Source of the DNA: an uncultured bacterium
GTDB lineage: Bacteria; Cloacimonadota; Cloacimonadia; Cloacimonadales; Cloacimonadaceae
NCBI GenBank assembly: GCA_937924555.1
Contig: CALDSN010000098.1
Location: 28,976-92,975 of the forward strand
Reading direction: 5' to 3'
DNA: 64,000 bases
A program made the translations under genes and the position numbers. Every line of letters begins with the position of its first letter. The first letter of the stretch is position 1. Positions 48,664 through 59,447 of the stretch are shown here, one piece after another. The notes beneath the pieces are model-generated. The model was given only the letters and a program-made list of their open reading frames with translations, was not told the origin of the DNA and did no database searches.

Positions 48664-49158
48664 ATGGATGCTATCATTAGACTTGCTACAGATGTGGACA
48701 AGGAATCCGTGATTGGTATTCTAAACCACTATATCCAAAACAGCATGGCGGCATATCCACAACATCCAATGCCCCTGCAAGCATGGGAACCGATGCTTGC
48801 TATGTGTCGTGACAACAATCTCTGGGTGGCAGAAATCCCCGGAGAAGGGGTTGTAGGCTTTGCCATGCTAAAGTGGTATATGACCAAGGATAGCTTTGCG
48901 CACACCGCCGAAACAGGCTATTTCATCCACCCCGCTCACACGGGTAAAGGCTTGGGCAAGTTGCTTCTCACTGCATTGGAAGATGCCGCCAAAAAGATGG
49001 GTGTTACAATGCTGGTTGCCAATATCTCCTCGTTGAACCCCGAAAGTCTTGCCTTTCACAAGAGAACAGGATTTGTTGAATGCGGAACTATCCCGGCAGT
49101 GGGTGAGAAGAAAGGTAGCAAGTTCGACATCGTGTGGGTGTATAAGGCTATCGCATAG
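48664..49158 (+). CDS. GNAT N-acetyltransferase (phosphinothricin/MddA-like)
   Basis: YFIHPAHTGKGLG, NPESLAFHKRTGF..CG. Confidence 0.88.
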   Translation: MDAIIRLATDVDKESVIGILNHYIQNSMAAYPQHPMPLQAWEPMLAMCRDNNLWVAEIPGEGVVGFAMLKWYMTKDSFAHTAETGYFIHPAHTGKGLGKLLLTALEDAAKKMGVTMLVANISSLNPESLAFHKRTGFVECGTIPAVGEKKGSKFDIVWVYKAIA

Positions 49159-49182
49159 TCTAAAACAAGCTTCTTCCTTGCT

Positions 49183-49254
49183 ATCATTACATGATCATTG
49201 CATAATCATTGCATAAGAAACATGCAATGATTAGGTAATGAGCATGTAATTCAA
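49183..49254. repeat. Palindromic repeat family A, copy 2
   Basis: Three 11-mers per arm; between convergent genes. Confidence 0.88.
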
Positions 49255-49279
49255 ATGAGAGGATAAGAACATAGGAGCG

Positions 49280-50470
49280 TTAGCCCATAGGATGTTGGGT
49301 GTCTATATTCTGTACTCTAATGATGAAATAGAGCATCCCGGCAAAGCCAAAAGCAGAGGCAGAGAAAAGGTTTATCGCCGGGTTGTAGTTCCACAGCAAG
49401 GCTCCCCCAAAGGCTGCCACCGATACCACCACATCGCGGATAAGGTAGTATCTGCCAAAGGTGCTTGCCTTGGCACCTTCAGGGGCAAGCGAGAGTATGA
49501 GGGATTTGCGGGAAGGCTCGCCGAATTCTTTTAAGCCTCTAATGATAAACGCAATTATCAGAGCAGGAAAACTGCGCGAGAAATAGAGCACCAAAGGGAA
49601 GATGGCAAAGTTGAAGAAAGTGATAGCTACATAAGGCTTACGGCTGCTTTTATCGGCAAGATATGCCACGGGGATATACACCAGCATCGCCGTTAGCATC
49701 TCCACCGTGGTTAACACGCCGAATTGAAAAGCGCTCAGGTTGCGATTGTTCATCACCCACACCACCACAAAGGCATAGGGTATCTGCTCGCAGAAGCGGA
49801 TCAAGATATCTGATACCAATAGATTCTTGAGATTGCGATTGAAGCTATGTTTAATACCCTTGACGTTCTTGCTGTTATGGGGAGAGCTTTTATCCGAAAT
49901 GTAACGTTGTTGCACCACAAGGGCTACCAACGCAAAGAAAATTGCGGCTAAGAAGGCATATCGCACTCCCTGCAACCTGCCGAAGTGAACGATGAAGAAT
50001 CCCCCGATTAGGGGACCCAACGCCATAGGAACACGGCGAATAAGGGAATGCAGGGTGATGCCCATGGTCTGTTTATCCTTGGGCAACACTGCCGAAACAA
50101 GCTCCATCGTTGCAGGCAGGGAAAGCGATGTCCAGGATAAAAAGAACACAGAGCCTAGCAATACCGCATACCAGCTTGGGACAAGCACCACAATAAGGTA
50201 GCCAAAGATAGCCAGAAAGTTGAAGCAGAGTAGTGATTTCTTGTAACCGATTCTTGTGGCAAGCCAGCCACCGGGGTATGAATACAGAGCTGAAAGCAGG
50301 TTGTCCATGCCGTTCAGTAAGCCGATTCCTATTGTTGAACCGCCCAAGGCAAGGAGATAGATGGGTAGGAAACGCTCTGCCATCTTTTCGCCCAAACCTA
50401 CCAGCACCGCCATAATAAGCATAGCAGCCATGCTGGGTCTCAAGCCCAGGAAATCAACCACTTTCTTCAT
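49280..50470 (-). CDS. MFS transporter
   Basis: 12 TM; GWLATRIGYKK and YLADKSSRK motif-A-like repeats. Confidence 0.9.
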   Translation of the reverse strand: MKKVVDFLGLRPSMAAMLIMAVLVGLGEKMAERFLPIYLLALGGSTIGIGLLNGMDNLLSALYSYPGGWLATRIGYKKSLLCFNFLAIFGYLIVVLVPSWYAVLLGSVFFLSWTSLSLPATMELVSAVLPKDKQTMGITLHSLIRRVPMALGPLIGGFFIVHFGRLQGVRYAFLAAIFFALVALVVQQRYISDKSSPHNSKNVKGIKHSFNRNLKNLLVSDILIRFCEQIPYAFVVVWVMNNRNLSAFQFGVLTTVEMLTAMLVYIPVAYLADKSSRKPYVAITFFNFAIFPLVLYFSRSFPALIIAFIIRGLKEFGEPSRKSLILSLAPEGAKASTFGRYYLIRDVVVSVAAFGGALLWNYNPAINLFSASAFGFAGMLYFIIRVQNIDTQHPMG

Positions 50471-50490
50471 GCTTACCTACGCTAATGATG

Positions 50491-52212
50491 TCAGCGCTGT
50501 TGCAAAGCCTGCAAGGCTTGTTTTGCTTTCTCTTGAAAGCCGGGAAACACACTGTCGTCCAGTGCTTTGATATAGTATTCCTTAGCACGGATAAGGTCGT
50601 TGTTAGCTTCCAGGATAAAGCCAATATGGTAGGCAATCTCTCCGGGGAGATTCTCCATTTGCATGGGGATTTGGATGTACTCCATAGCTTTTTGGGTGTA
50701 ACCTGATAGCATATAAAACCACGCCATACTGTCATGATAATAGGCATTGTTGGGGTCCAACTCCAAGGCTTTTGTGATAAGGCTGCCTGCTTCCTGCAGG
50801 GAATCGGGATAGTCCAGTAAACTGAAGCCCAGGTCGTTGAGAAACACGGGATTATCGTGGAAGCGGACCACAGCTTTACGCAGTGAAGAAAGCTTTTCCT
50901 GTTCTCTACCCTCAAGCAGGTACTTCGAAATAACACTGGTCCAATCCTCTTCATAGCCTTGGTCTCGGTTCACGAAGTATTCACTAAGCTCGGTGCGAAG
51001 TGCTTTGAGTGAATCGGGTGGGTTCAGGAAATCCTTGTGAGCGCTGATGATATAACGCGAAAGAGGGTTATCAGGCAATCGTTTCTCACAGGCTTTCTGC
51101 AAATCAGAGTAGTCCTCTGTATCTGCCTCAGCAGAGTTCTGTAGTTTAAGGGTAAAGCGTAGAGTGTGGTACAGCATCATATCGTCCACATCTTTGCTGC
51201 CATGCAGTAGGTCAGCATAATCAAGAGCTGTACCCATGGCAGGGGAAAATAGGGACTGACCGAAAAGGAACACTGCAAGTTCGGCAAGTTCTTCGGGCGT
51301 GTGTATTGAGTTGGTGGTGGCTTCGCGGCAACGCAGCAGAATGCTGTCGTCAAAACGCATATATGCGGCAAAAGCCAACTCGGCAATGAGCTGTGTGTCG
51401 CTTGTAGCAAGGATGGAATCAGCCAAACTGAGAACTAATTTGAGTTTCAGGGTTTTATTAGCCGTCTGCAGGAAATCCTTCATTGCCTCTTTGTCCTGGG
51501 GATAAGCGTAACTTGAAAATAGCTTTGCGGCTTCCTCATCATCAGCTTGGCGAATAGTAAGGTCATTCACCATCTTGGCAGTGATTACCGAGGGGTTTAG
51601 TGCGTAAGCTTCCTTCATGATGTTCAGAGCTTTGTTTCTATCTGTCATGGTATACATATTAGCACAATAAATGAGGTCATCCGCATTGCCCTTTGCCAGC
51701 TTGTAAGCCTGTTGTAAGAGCTTTTCATCAGCTTTTTGTTCATCAAGATATTGCTGGAAGTACTTCTGCAGATATGCTCTGCTGGAGGGGAAACGCGCTA
51801 CGGACTCATTAATCGCCCATTGCATTCCTGTAGAATCCTGCGCTTCGTAATAAACGCTGTATGCCATCTTAAGCAAGTCTTGGTCGAAAACCATACTCTT
51901 GCGAGCTGCATTGAAAGCAGCGGGGACATCCTCGCCGATATCCTGCCCATTAATATAGGCGTAACCGCTGTTTATCAGTATCTGGCGGGGTATCTGCCGG
52001 CTATCTATATCTTGCAGCTGTGCCAAGCGATATAACTCATCCGCAGCTTGGTAGTTACCTTCATAATGCATCAGCGAACCGGAAATGTAATAGTATATGG
52101 ACGCAATTGTGGGATGTGAGTTATCCGGCTCTGCCTGAGGGAACTGTGCCGAGGGTGTGGCACAGGCAGAGAGAAGCAGAAGCACAATAGCCAGAAGGTA
52201 TATGCGATGCAT
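50491..52212 (-). CDS. TPR-repeat lipoprotein
   Basis: Lipobox LSAC; C-terminal TPRs LNDLGF, ALELDPNNAYYHDSMAW. Confidence 0.85.
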   Translation of the reverse strand: MHRIYLLAIVLLLLSACATPSAQFPQAEPDNSHPTIASIYYYISGSLMHYEGNYQAADELYRLAQLQDIDSRQIPRQILINSGYAYINGQDIGEDVPAAFNAARKSMVFDQDLLKMAYSVYYEAQDSTGMQWAINESVARFPSSRAYLQKYFQQYLDEQKADEKLLQQAYKLAKGNADDLIYCANMYTMTDRNKALNIMKEAYALNPSVITAKMVNDLTIRQADDEEAAKLFSSYAYPQDKEAMKDFLQTANKTLKLKLVLSLADSILATSDTQLIAELAFAAYMRFDDSILLRCREATTNSIHTPEELAELAVFLFGQSLFSPAMGTALDYADLLHGSKDVDDMMLYHTLRFTLKLQNSAEADTEDYSDLQKACEKRLPDNPLSRYIISAHKDFLNPPDSLKALRTELSEYFVNRDQGYEEDWTSVISKYLLEGREQEKLSSLRKAVVRFHDNPVFLNDLGFSLLDYPDSLQEAGSLITKALELDPNNAYYHDSMAWFYMLSGYTQKAMEYIQIPMQMENLPGEIAYHIGFILEANNDLIRAKEYYIKALDDSVFPGFQEKAKQALQALQQR

Positions 52213-53273
52213 TACTTAACCTTGAAGGAATTGGAGATGGTGTATAGCTCCACAAGGATGGGCAGTTTATCCCCTGCAGGAAAATATACGATGTTGTCTA
52301 TCAGGTAGGCTGTTTTGGTGTCAGCATCCCAAAAGGCAAAGCTTTGAAAGCCTCCTCCAATGGCAAGCTTCATGTTCTTCCAAGCGCCTAGCAGTCGGTA
52401 ACCTTCGTATTTACCAAACTTAAAGGGCTCTTTGCGGATAAGCTGCGCATCAAACTCGTCCCCTTCAAAGTACTTTTGCCCCAGTTCTTTACGCTTGTTC
52501 AACACCCAGTTAATATCCAGCTTATTTTCGGGCATGGCTTCGTAATACACAGATACGTACTTATCCGGAATCTCGCGGTTTTGCATCTTGGCACGATAAA
52601 GGAAACTGAGGAATCTTCCCTGTTTGTCATTGGAGAATATACGATAGGTGTCGGGTATTTGGATGCTATAAGGGTAGTTATCAAAGAAAGACGAGGGAAG
52701 CACTTTACCTTGATAGGCGTAGTAGCCCTGACGTTCGGCAAAGCGTTGTAAGAGGATACTGAAGATTGGGTCTGCTTGCACCGCACCAATCTTGCTAAGG
52801 CTAAGAGCATCCTTGGCAAGGAGGAATAGGATAATCTGATCTCGTGAGCTGTGGTTTCTGCTTACAAAAAGGTCACCACCACTTTGCTGAACCCGGGTGA
52901 TGAAGTCCTTTGCCAGAACGCTTCGCATGTAAGTGGATACGGGGGCGGTGCTCTCCAGATCGCCGATATATACAATATTCTTATACTTGGCAAGGGTGTT
53001 TGCCTCTGCAACATCTGTAAGGATGAGGTTGAAGTACTTTTCTGGATACACTATAGGCACTTCCCGCTCGATACCGCTGCGGACGAAAGGCTCCAATGCC
53101 TTCCAATTGGCTGGATCGCAGAACACATGTACATCTCTGTCATCGCCCATTGCCAAAGGCTTGGCATGGTCAATAATCTTGTCGAACATAGTGTAACGTT
53201 CATTTTCTGCTTTGGGCTTTGAGCAACCCACCAAGAGCAGTAAAGAGAGAAGAAACAGGAGATATCTGCGCAT
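52212..53273 (-). CDS. DUF4837-family lipoprotein
   Basis: Lipobox LVGC; E..FNL; RLLGAW...GGGF.SF motif. Confidence 0.7.
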   Translation of the reverse strand: MRRYLLFLLSLLLLVGCSKPKAENERYTMFDKIIDHAKPLAMGDDRDVHVFCDPANWKALEPFVRSGIEREVPIVYPEKYFNLILTDVAEANTLAKYKNIVYIGDLESTAPVSTYMRSVLAKDFITRVQQSGGDLFVSRNHSSRDQIILFLLAKDALSLSKIGAVQADPIFSILLQRFAERQGYYAYQGKVLPSSFFDNYPYSIQIPDTYRIFSNDKQGRFLSFLYRAKMQNREIPDKYVSVYYEAMPENKLDINWVLNKRKELGQKYFEGDEFDAQLIRKEPFKFGKYEGYRLLGAWKNMKLAIGGGFQSFAFWDADTKTAYLIDNIVYFPAGDKLPILVELYTISNSFKVK

Positions 53274-53274
53274 G

Positions 53275-53832
53275 TTATGCCTCCTTACGACGCGGTATTC
53301 TTAGGTAGTTGATACCGCTGATAACAGTGATAGCCGCCACCAACCAGAACCAAATGCTGATGGTAAGTATGACGGTTGGGCTTATCTCTACCGCTGTAGC
53401 CCAGAAGACGAATGCTGCAATGATGCCCAGCATCTGCATCACAGTCTTAATTTTACCTAGCTTATCAGCTGCAACCACGATGCCCCGGCGTTGATATACC
53501 TCTCGTAATATGGTAACCAGCAATTCACGGGCAAAGATGATGAGAAAGATAATCTTGCTGAGATTAAAAGGAGGCAGCCAACAAAGACCAAACAAGGCAG
53601 AAAGCACGAGTAGCTTATCAGCCAAGGGATCCATTATCTTGCCGAAATCGCTTATCACATTATACTTACGAGCCAACATCCCATCCAGATAATCCGTGAT
53701 TGAAGCCACCACAAAAACGGTAAGGGCATACCAATTGCGCTTATCATGCAGCGATACGAATAGAAAGTACAAAAATACGGGTACCAGTAAGAAACGAAGG
53801 ATGGTGAGGGCATTAGGAAGGTTGCGTTTCAT
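53275..53832 (-). CDS. pgsA: CDP-diacylglycerol-glycerol-3-phosphate 3-phosphatidyltransferase
   Basis: PNALTILR, TDYLDGMLAR...GKIMDPLADK, GKIKT. Confidence 0.95.
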   Translation of the reverse strand: MKRNLPNALTILRFLLVPVFLYFLFVSLHDKRNWYALTVFVVASITDYLDGMLARKYNVISDFGKIMDPLADKLLVLSALFGLCWLPPFNLSKIIFLIIFARELLVTILREVYQRRGIVVAADKLGKIKTVMQMLGIIAAFVFWATAVEISPTVILTISIWFWLVAAITVISGINYLRIPRRKEA

Positions 53833-54685
53833 CTTCACTCTCCACCAAAGTGGGTGCAGCATTGGGATTGATAATCTGCACGGGACGTTCTGCTAAAGCT
53901 ACTTCATGCTCGAAAGTATGCAGCGTGAAATGGGTGATGAGTGTGCCGATAAAAGCAGCAGCCAGTTGTGCTAGAAACACCCAATAGGGCACCAGCATCG
54001 GCAAATGCTGGAGATATATGAACCCAAAGTAACCCGCTATGCTGATGGGGAGGGGGATAAGTAGCATAGACCAAGTGTGTTCCACGCCTTGCTTGTGGTG
54101 GCGAATAATATCCACCACGGTATGATGTTTGCCTTTACTGAGAAGCAGAGTGTGCAGTTCGTAGCTTAGTCGACTGAATACGAAGATAAGTAACAGCACG
54201 ATAGAGGTAAATATGTGGAACACGATGCTGCGCCTGTTTAATACCTTCAATTCGTCCAACAAGCTATTATATGCGGTTGCCTGACTATCGATGTCTGCTT
54301 CGCTAATGTGGCTGCGGAGAATGTCCAACACCAAGGGCTTGCTCTTCAAGGCTTGGATGTTTGGCTCAAAGCTGATGGTTATTACAGCGGGAAGCTTATA
54401 GTCAGCTATCATTTCCTCACTTAAAGGCAGGTCGTATGCTGTTACAAGCTCATTGGCAGCCTCGGAGGCGGTTTCATAAATGACACTTCTTACTGCAGGG
54501 ATTGGCTTTATCTCTGTCAAGATGCTTTGCACTTTAGTGGAATCGGCAATATAAGCATACACCGATAGCTTGGATATAGCATCAAGCTTGGATTGAGTAC
54601 TCAGGGCGTGCTCATAGCCCAAATACTGCCATGCGCCGAACAGAGCAACGAGCATTACTATAACTAAGAAAAAGCGAGTGGTCAT
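53813..54685 (-). CDS. ftsX: FtsX-like cell division permease
   Basis: TM, periplasmic domain with LPAVITISF, three further TMs. Confidence 0.55.
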   Translation of the reverse strand: MTTRFFLVIVMLVALFGAWQYLGYEHALSTQSKLDAISKLSVYAYIADSTKVQSILTEIKPIPAVRSVIYETASEAANELVTAYDLPLSEEMIADYKLPAVITISFEPNIQALKSKPLVLDILRSHISEADIDSQATAYNSLLDELKVLNRRSIVFHIFTSIVLLLIFVFSRLSYELHTLLLSKGKHHTVVDIIRHHKQGVEHTWSMLLIPLPISIAGYFGFIYLQHLPMLVPYWVFLAQLAAAFIGTLITHFTLHTFEHEVALAERPVQIINPNAAPTLVESEDETQPS

Positions 54686-54687
54686 AT

Positions 54688-55317
54688 TTACTGTCCTTTC
54701 TCCAGATGGAATATCAGGGAGCTTTTTTCAACTTCGGTTGTGTAAAGGAGTCGCATCTGCTGCTTATAAGCTTCTTGGATAAGTTCCTGTTTGCGAGATG
54801 CGGGATATAGCAGCACTGCATGCTTGCCTGCTGATAGGTTCCTCGAGCAGAAAGCTAAAATATCCGGCAGAGTGCAGCAAAGCTCGGTGCGACACATTGC
54901 TCTGGATACGTTGGGACTGATTAAGCCGTGTCCCAGCTTCTGCCAGGGTGGATTGGAGATAATCAGGTCAAAGCCCGATATATCGTGGAAGCTTCGCAAG
55001 TCCGTATTGACAAAGCTTAGTTGCAGCTTAAGATTCTCTGCATTGGCGATTGCCAAGTGGTGTAGTTCTGCTTGGATTTCCAAGCCGAAGATATCCCACA
55101 TCGGCATGGCAAGCTTAAGCATCAGGCATAGTATTCCACTACTGCTCCCTGCTTCCAAAACTCTCTGCGGATTGTTGCTAAAGTTCTGTTTGATATATGC
55201 ATAAAGGGCAGCAGTGGCGGAGCTCACACCCAGAGCACTGCTATCTTGCAATAAACTGTGAGGTGCTTGCATCAATTCTGCAGGCAAGCTGACTTCACGA
55301 TACATTTGGGGTTCCAC
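54688..55317 (-). CDS. tRNA1(Val) A37 N6-methyltransferase-like SAM-dependent MTase
   Basis: LEAGSSSG, GLEIQ, FDLIISNPPW, MCRTE. Confidence 0.75.
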   Translation of the reverse strand: MEPQMYREVSLPAELMQAPHSLLQDSSALGVSSATAALYAYIKQNFSNNPQRVLEAGSSSGILCLMLKLAMPMWDIFGLEIQAELHHLAIANAENLKLQLSFVNTDLRSFHDISGFDLIISNPPWQKLGHGLISPNVSRAMCRTELCCTLPDILAFCSRNLSAGKHAVLLYPASRKQELIQEAYKQQMRLLYTTEVEKSSLIFHLEKGQ

Positions 55318-55319
55318 CC

Positions 55320-56225
55320 TCAGCCAATCTCCAGCATTCGGGTAATGCTCTGCTTTGCCTTCTCGGCAATAGCAGGCTCCACTTTGATGAGGTGCTGGTG
55401 TTGAAGGAGAGCTTGATACACATGCTCCATAGTAGTCTTCTTCATGTTCTTACATGCTGCTTGGGTAGATAGGGCATGCATCTGTTTTTCGGGATAAAGG
55501 TGCTTCAAATACTTGGTGAAGGTGGCTTCTGTGGCGATTATTGCCTTATCTCCCGTCTCCATCCATTTTGCCATTCCCCCGGTGCTCATCACCAGGTCTG
55601 CATGGCGCAGGATGTCTTCATCGCACTCAGGATGCGCCAACAGCGTATAATCTGGGTACTTCTCTTTCATGTTTAGCACCTGTTGCTCTGTGAAGCCCCA
55701 TTGATGCACCGGGCAATAACCATGCCAGGTAATCACTTCTCTACTGCTTTGCGCCCCAGCCCATGCCCCAAGGTTTTTGTCTGGAACAAACAGGATAGGT
55801 TTGTCTTCAGGCAATGATTGTAACACCTTCACGGCATTGGAAGAGGTGCAACAGATGTCGCTCTCTGCTTTTACCTGCACACTGGAATTAACATAGCACA
55901 CCACCGGTGATCCGGGATGACGGCTCTTGAAGTCCCTCAGTTGGGCGGCATTAATCATATCTGCCATGGGACAACCCGCATCGAGGGCAGGCAGCAGGAT
56001 TTCGCTATTTGGGTTCAGGATGGCTGCTGTTTCTGCCATGAAGCGCACTCCGCAAAAAACTATCACTTCAGCATCCAATTGCGATGCCAATATGGAGAGC
56101 TGCAGGGAGTCTCCCCGATAGTCTGCCAAGTCCTGTATCTCCACAGCTTGGTAGTTATGCGCCAGGATAACGGCGGATTTTTCTTCTTTCAGCTTCTGTA
56201 TCTTCTTCTTTAAGTCGGTATTCAT
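55320..56225 (-). CDS. nadA: Quinolinate synthase A
   Basis: ILAHNYQ, FCGVRFMAE, AGCPMA, YVNSS, CTSSN, CPVH, HPEC, CKNM. Confidence 0.97.
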   Translation of the reverse strand: MNTDLKKKIQKLKEEKSAVILAHNYQAVEIQDLADYRGDSLQLSILASQLDAEVIVFCGVRFMAETAAILNPNSEILLPALDAGCPMADMINAAQLRDFKSRHPGSPVVCYVNSSVQVKAESDICCTSSNAVKVLQSLPEDKPILFVPDKNLGAWAGAQSSREVITWHGYCPVHQWGFTEQQVLNMKEKYPDYTLLAHPECDEDILRHADLVMSTGGMAKWMETGDKAIIATEATFTKYLKHLYPEKQMHALSTQAACKNMKKTTMEHVYQALLQHQHLIKVEPAIAEKAKQSITRMLEIG

Positions 56226-56236
56226 GCTATCCTCAT

Positions 56237-56671
56237 TTATTGTCCGGTATGTCCAAACCCACCAGACTGTCTCTCGCTGGCATCAAGAGTATCCGATTCC
56301 ACTAATTCAGGTATTGCCACAGGGCATATCACCAACTGTGCAATGCGCATTTTTGCTTCGATGCTAAATGTATCTTTACCCATGTTTATCAGGATCACTT
56401 TAATCTCACCCCGGTAGTCCGCATCAATGGTGCCGGGGCTATTCAACACACTAACTCCATGCTTCAATGCCAAGCCGCTGCGAGGGCGAACCTGTCCTTC
56501 ATAACCTTGGGGGATCTGCATGGCAATTCCCGTGGGAACTGCAACGATATCGCCCGCTTGCAGGTTGACAGGCTCGGTAATATCGGCAAACAGATCGAAG
56601 CCGGAAGCATGCTCCGTCATGCGCTGCGGCACTGTGGCAGAGGGGCTAAGCCTGGTAAAAGCAAGCTTCAT
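56237..56671 (-). CDS. dut: dUTP diphosphatase
   Basis: SGFDL, RPRSGLA, GTIDADYRGEI, RIAQL, GGFGHTG. Confidence 0.97.
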   Translation of the reverse strand: MKLAFTRLSPSATVPQRMTEHASGFDLFADITEPVNLQAGDIVAVPTGIAMQIPQGYEGQVRPRSGLALKHGVSVLNSPGTIDADYRGEIKVILINMGKDTFSIEAKMRIAQLVICPVAIPELVESDTLDASERQSGGFGHTGQ

Positions 56672-57558
56672 GATTTGCGGGTTAGCAGGTATTCTGCCAG
56701 GATATCCAGCTTAAGGGCTTTCTCTCCTAAGGGAGCTATTATCTGCCGCGCTTTTTCGGTTAATTCTGCGGCTTTGGCACGGGATTCCTCGATGCCATAA
56801 ACAGAGGGGAAAGTGGCTTTGCTCACTCCGGCATCTTTACCAATGCTTTTCCCCAGCTCTTCCTGCGAGCCCTCGATATCCAAAAGATCGTCCACTATCT
56901 GGAACACCAGCCCAATAAGTCTGCCATATTCTTCAATCAGTTTCAGCTCGTTTTCCGGGGCACCACCAGCCAAAGCACCGAAGCGCAGGCAGATATTTAT
57001 CAAACGGGCGGTTTTATTCTCATGGATATAATTCAGGGTCTTCTTGTCCACTTTCTTGCCTTCGGATTCGATATCCACCATCTGTCCGGCAATCAAGCCC
57101 TTAATGCCCACTTCCTGAGCCAACTCACGAATGAACTGCACCCGTAGGGAGGCATCAATCTCAGCTAAGGTTATCAGTTCGAAAGCACTTATCAACAGTG
57201 CATCTCCCGCCAGCAAGGCAACCCCTTCGCCAAACATGGCATGGCAGGATTTCTTTCCTCTGCGGTATTCGTCGTCATCAATATCCGGCAGGTCATCGTG
57301 AATAAGCGAGAAAGTGTGGATCATCTCGATGGCAGCTGCCACGGGAGTAATTGGCTCCACATCTTCGCTATACATCCCAAATGCCAACAGGGTAAGGTAG
57401 GGACGCAAACGTTTTCCACCGGCAAACACGCTATAGCGAATGGCTTTATGTATCTCTTTGGGATATTCATCCTTACGGGGGAGGAATCTATCCAGAATGA
57501 TATTTACCAACTCCTGCTTCTCTTTCATGTCCTTTTTAAGCAGTATCTTTCTATCCAT
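56668..57558 (-). CDS. ispA: Polyprenyl (farnesyl/geranyl) diphosphate synthase
   Basis: GGKRLRP, LIHDDLPDIDDDEYRRG, FQIVDDLLD, GKD...KATF. Confidence 0.95.
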   Translation of the reverse strand: MDRKILLKKDMKEKQELVNIILDRFLPRKDEYPKEIHKAIRYSVFAGGKRLRPYLTLLAFGMYSEDVEPITPVAAAIEMIHTFSLIHDDLPDIDDDEYRRGKKSCHAMFGEGVALLAGDALLISAFELITLAEIDASLRVQFIRELAQEVGIKGLIAGQMVDIESEGKKVDKKTLNYIHENKTARLINICLRFGALAGGAPENELKLIEEYGRLIGLVFQIVDDLLDIEGSQEELGKSIGKDAGVSKATFPSVYGIEESRAKAAELTEKARQIIAPLGEKALKLDILAEYLLTRKS

Positions 57559-57793
57559 TTACATCCTCCGAAGCTTTGGGATTGGTTATCTGAGAACTAA
57601 GCAGCTTTATCTTGGCTTCGGCTTCTCCCAAACGGCTTTGGCAGTGGTTCAGGTAAGCAACGCCTTCCTCATATAATCTCAAGAGTTCATCCAGCTTGGT
57701 ATCTCCTCCGGATAGGCGTTCAACAATGCTTTCAAGCTCTTCCAGGGCAGATTCGAAGCTCAAGGGGCTAATTTTATCTGTTATGGCACTCAT
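57551..57793 (-). CDS. xseB: Exodeoxyribonuclease VII small subunit
   Basis: SFESALEELESIV...YEEGV...C...L..AE.KI; upstream of ispA. Confidence 0.93.
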   Translation of the reverse strand: MSAITDKISPLSFESALEELESIVERLSGGDTKLDELLRLYEEGVAYLNHCQSRLGEAEAKIKLLSSQITNPKASEDVNG

Positions 57794-57849
57794 GATAAAT
57801 CTCTCCCATTATCTATTTCACGCCTGTTTACAGAGGTTCTCTGTTTTTG

Positions 57850-58503
57850 TCAATTAGAAAGTGTAATAATTGCCAAAGCCACACCACTTTGGACTTCTAT
57901 CCTTGCCTCTTCCGCTTCAATTTCGTTGCTGATCCCCCGGCTTTGCTCTTTGCTGATGCACAAACGGTACAGCGAATACTTAAGCCCTAGGGAGTTAACA
58001 AACTCCACCTTGTCACTAAGCGGGATCAGGGAGAGGGTATGCCCTTCGTGACCATATAGTGTAGTGGTTTCGTGGATGATAAATATCTGTTGCCTTTCAT
58101 TTTCTACCCGAAGCTGCACCCCACTATCCACAGCCATCAGCAGGTTTTGCACAATTGCCATGGCATGGTCGAAGCGTCCCTGCATGTCGTTGCAGATAAT
58201 AATCTCCCGAAAGCCTTGCTCCATAGCCCACCTGATGGCAAGCTCCGTATCAGTTTCTTTCTTCTCGGCAGGATGACGGATAATGGTTGTTTGAGGATAC
58301 TTTGCCAAGAGTGAGCCCTCAACTGAATCCATATCTCCGATGATGATGCTAGGTTCTAAGCCCAACTCGTTGATACGCTGCAAGCCGCTATCTACGGCGA
58401 TCAGGCAATCACGGACTGAGATGCTTTCGTAGCGTGATACTATTTGCCGGGGAGCGTGATTTGTAAAAAGAAATGCTTTTGGGGTGGCATCAGCGAGATG
58501 CAT
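57850..58503 (-). CDS. thiN: Thiamine pyrophosphokinase
   Basis: AVDSG, IGDMDS, EKKETDTELA, GRFDH, GLKY, GISNE. Confidence 0.9.
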   Translation of the reverse strand: MHLADATPKAFLFTNHAPRQIVSRYESISVRDCLIAVDSGLQRINELGLEPSIIIGDMDSVEGSLLAKYPQTTIIRHPAEKKETDTELAIRWAMEQGFREIIICNDMQGRFDHAMAIVQNLLMAVDSGVQLRVENERQQIFIIHETTTLYGHEGHTLSLIPLSDKVEFVNSLGLKYSLYRLCISKEQSRGISNEIEAEEARIEVQSGVALAIITLSN

Positions 58504-59401
58504 AGGCAGGTTCGTCTATCCGGTTCAGATAGGCAATGGGGTTTAGCTTTTCCTCGTTCCGGCGCACTTCGTAATGCAGATGCGGTCCAGTTGACCTTCC
58601 CGAATTACCCATTAAGCCAATTATCTGCCCTTTGCTTACTTCTTCGCCCACACGCACCAAATAGCTGTAAAGATGAGCATAAACTGTTTCGTAGCCATTC
58701 TCGTGATTTATAATCAATCGCTTGCCATATCCTGTGTCATAATCTTGTTTGCTAACAACACCCTTTGCTGTGGCATACACGGGAGTGCCGGCTTGATTGG
58801 CAATATCAATTCCATAATGGAATTCAATCTCATTGCTGATGGGATGCACCCGCAAGCCCCAACCATCCGAGATGCGTCCAAAACTGGGGTAGATGGAGGG
58901 CATGCTATCCGGGGTTATCTCCCCTTCCGGCAAACCATATACAGTGGCATTGCCAAGCTCTGGATGGGACACATAGGATAGGATATACACCAGCTTCTGT
59001 TCCAGGTCATTAATCTGGTTCTTAAGGGCGGGGTCATAGGCAAAATCTGTCTGCTTTGCTCCAAGCTCCGGACTGTAAGAAGGATAAACCTTTTCGCTGG
59101 GTTCCGTCTTCACTCGCAGGGTATCCAGCATCACATAGATGGAATCCACCGTGGCAGCATAGAAATCCACTTTGTTGCGCAGACTGTTATTCTCTGTTTC
59201 CAGTTGTTCCAGCTTGGCTGTACGTTTGGATAAACCTCTGCCATACACCAAACTGAACACTGAAGAGCCAACTAGCAATACAATGAATATCACCAACGCC
59301 GCAAAGCTCCAGCGGGGTAACAGCAGATACCGCTCCTCTCCATCCGGGGTTATTTGATAGCTTATCTTAAGCTTATGCGGGGGTAGAAATTCGTGGGACA
59401 T
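58490..59401 (-). CDS. M23 family metallopeptidase
   Basis: TM + coiled coil; HYGIDIA, YAHL, STGPHLHYEV. Confidence 0.93.
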   Translation of the reverse strand: MSHEFLPPHKLKISYQITPDGEERYLLLPRWSFAALVIFIVLLVGSSVFSLVYGRGLSKRTAKLEQLETENNSLRNKVDFYAATVDSIYVMLDTLRVKTEPSEKVYPSYSPELGAKQTDFAYDPALKNQINDLEQKLVYILSYVSHPELGNATVYGLPEGEITPDSMPSIYPSFGRISDGWGLRVHPISNEIEFHYGIDIANQAGTPVYATAKGVVSKQDYDTGYGKRLIINHENGYETVYAHLYSYLVRVGEEVSKGQIIGLMGNSGRSTGPHLHYEVRRNEEKLNPIAYLNRIDEPAYASR

Positions 59402-59447
59402 GGCTTTCTAAACAATCCTTAATTAAGATTCAGTTGCAGCACTTCGG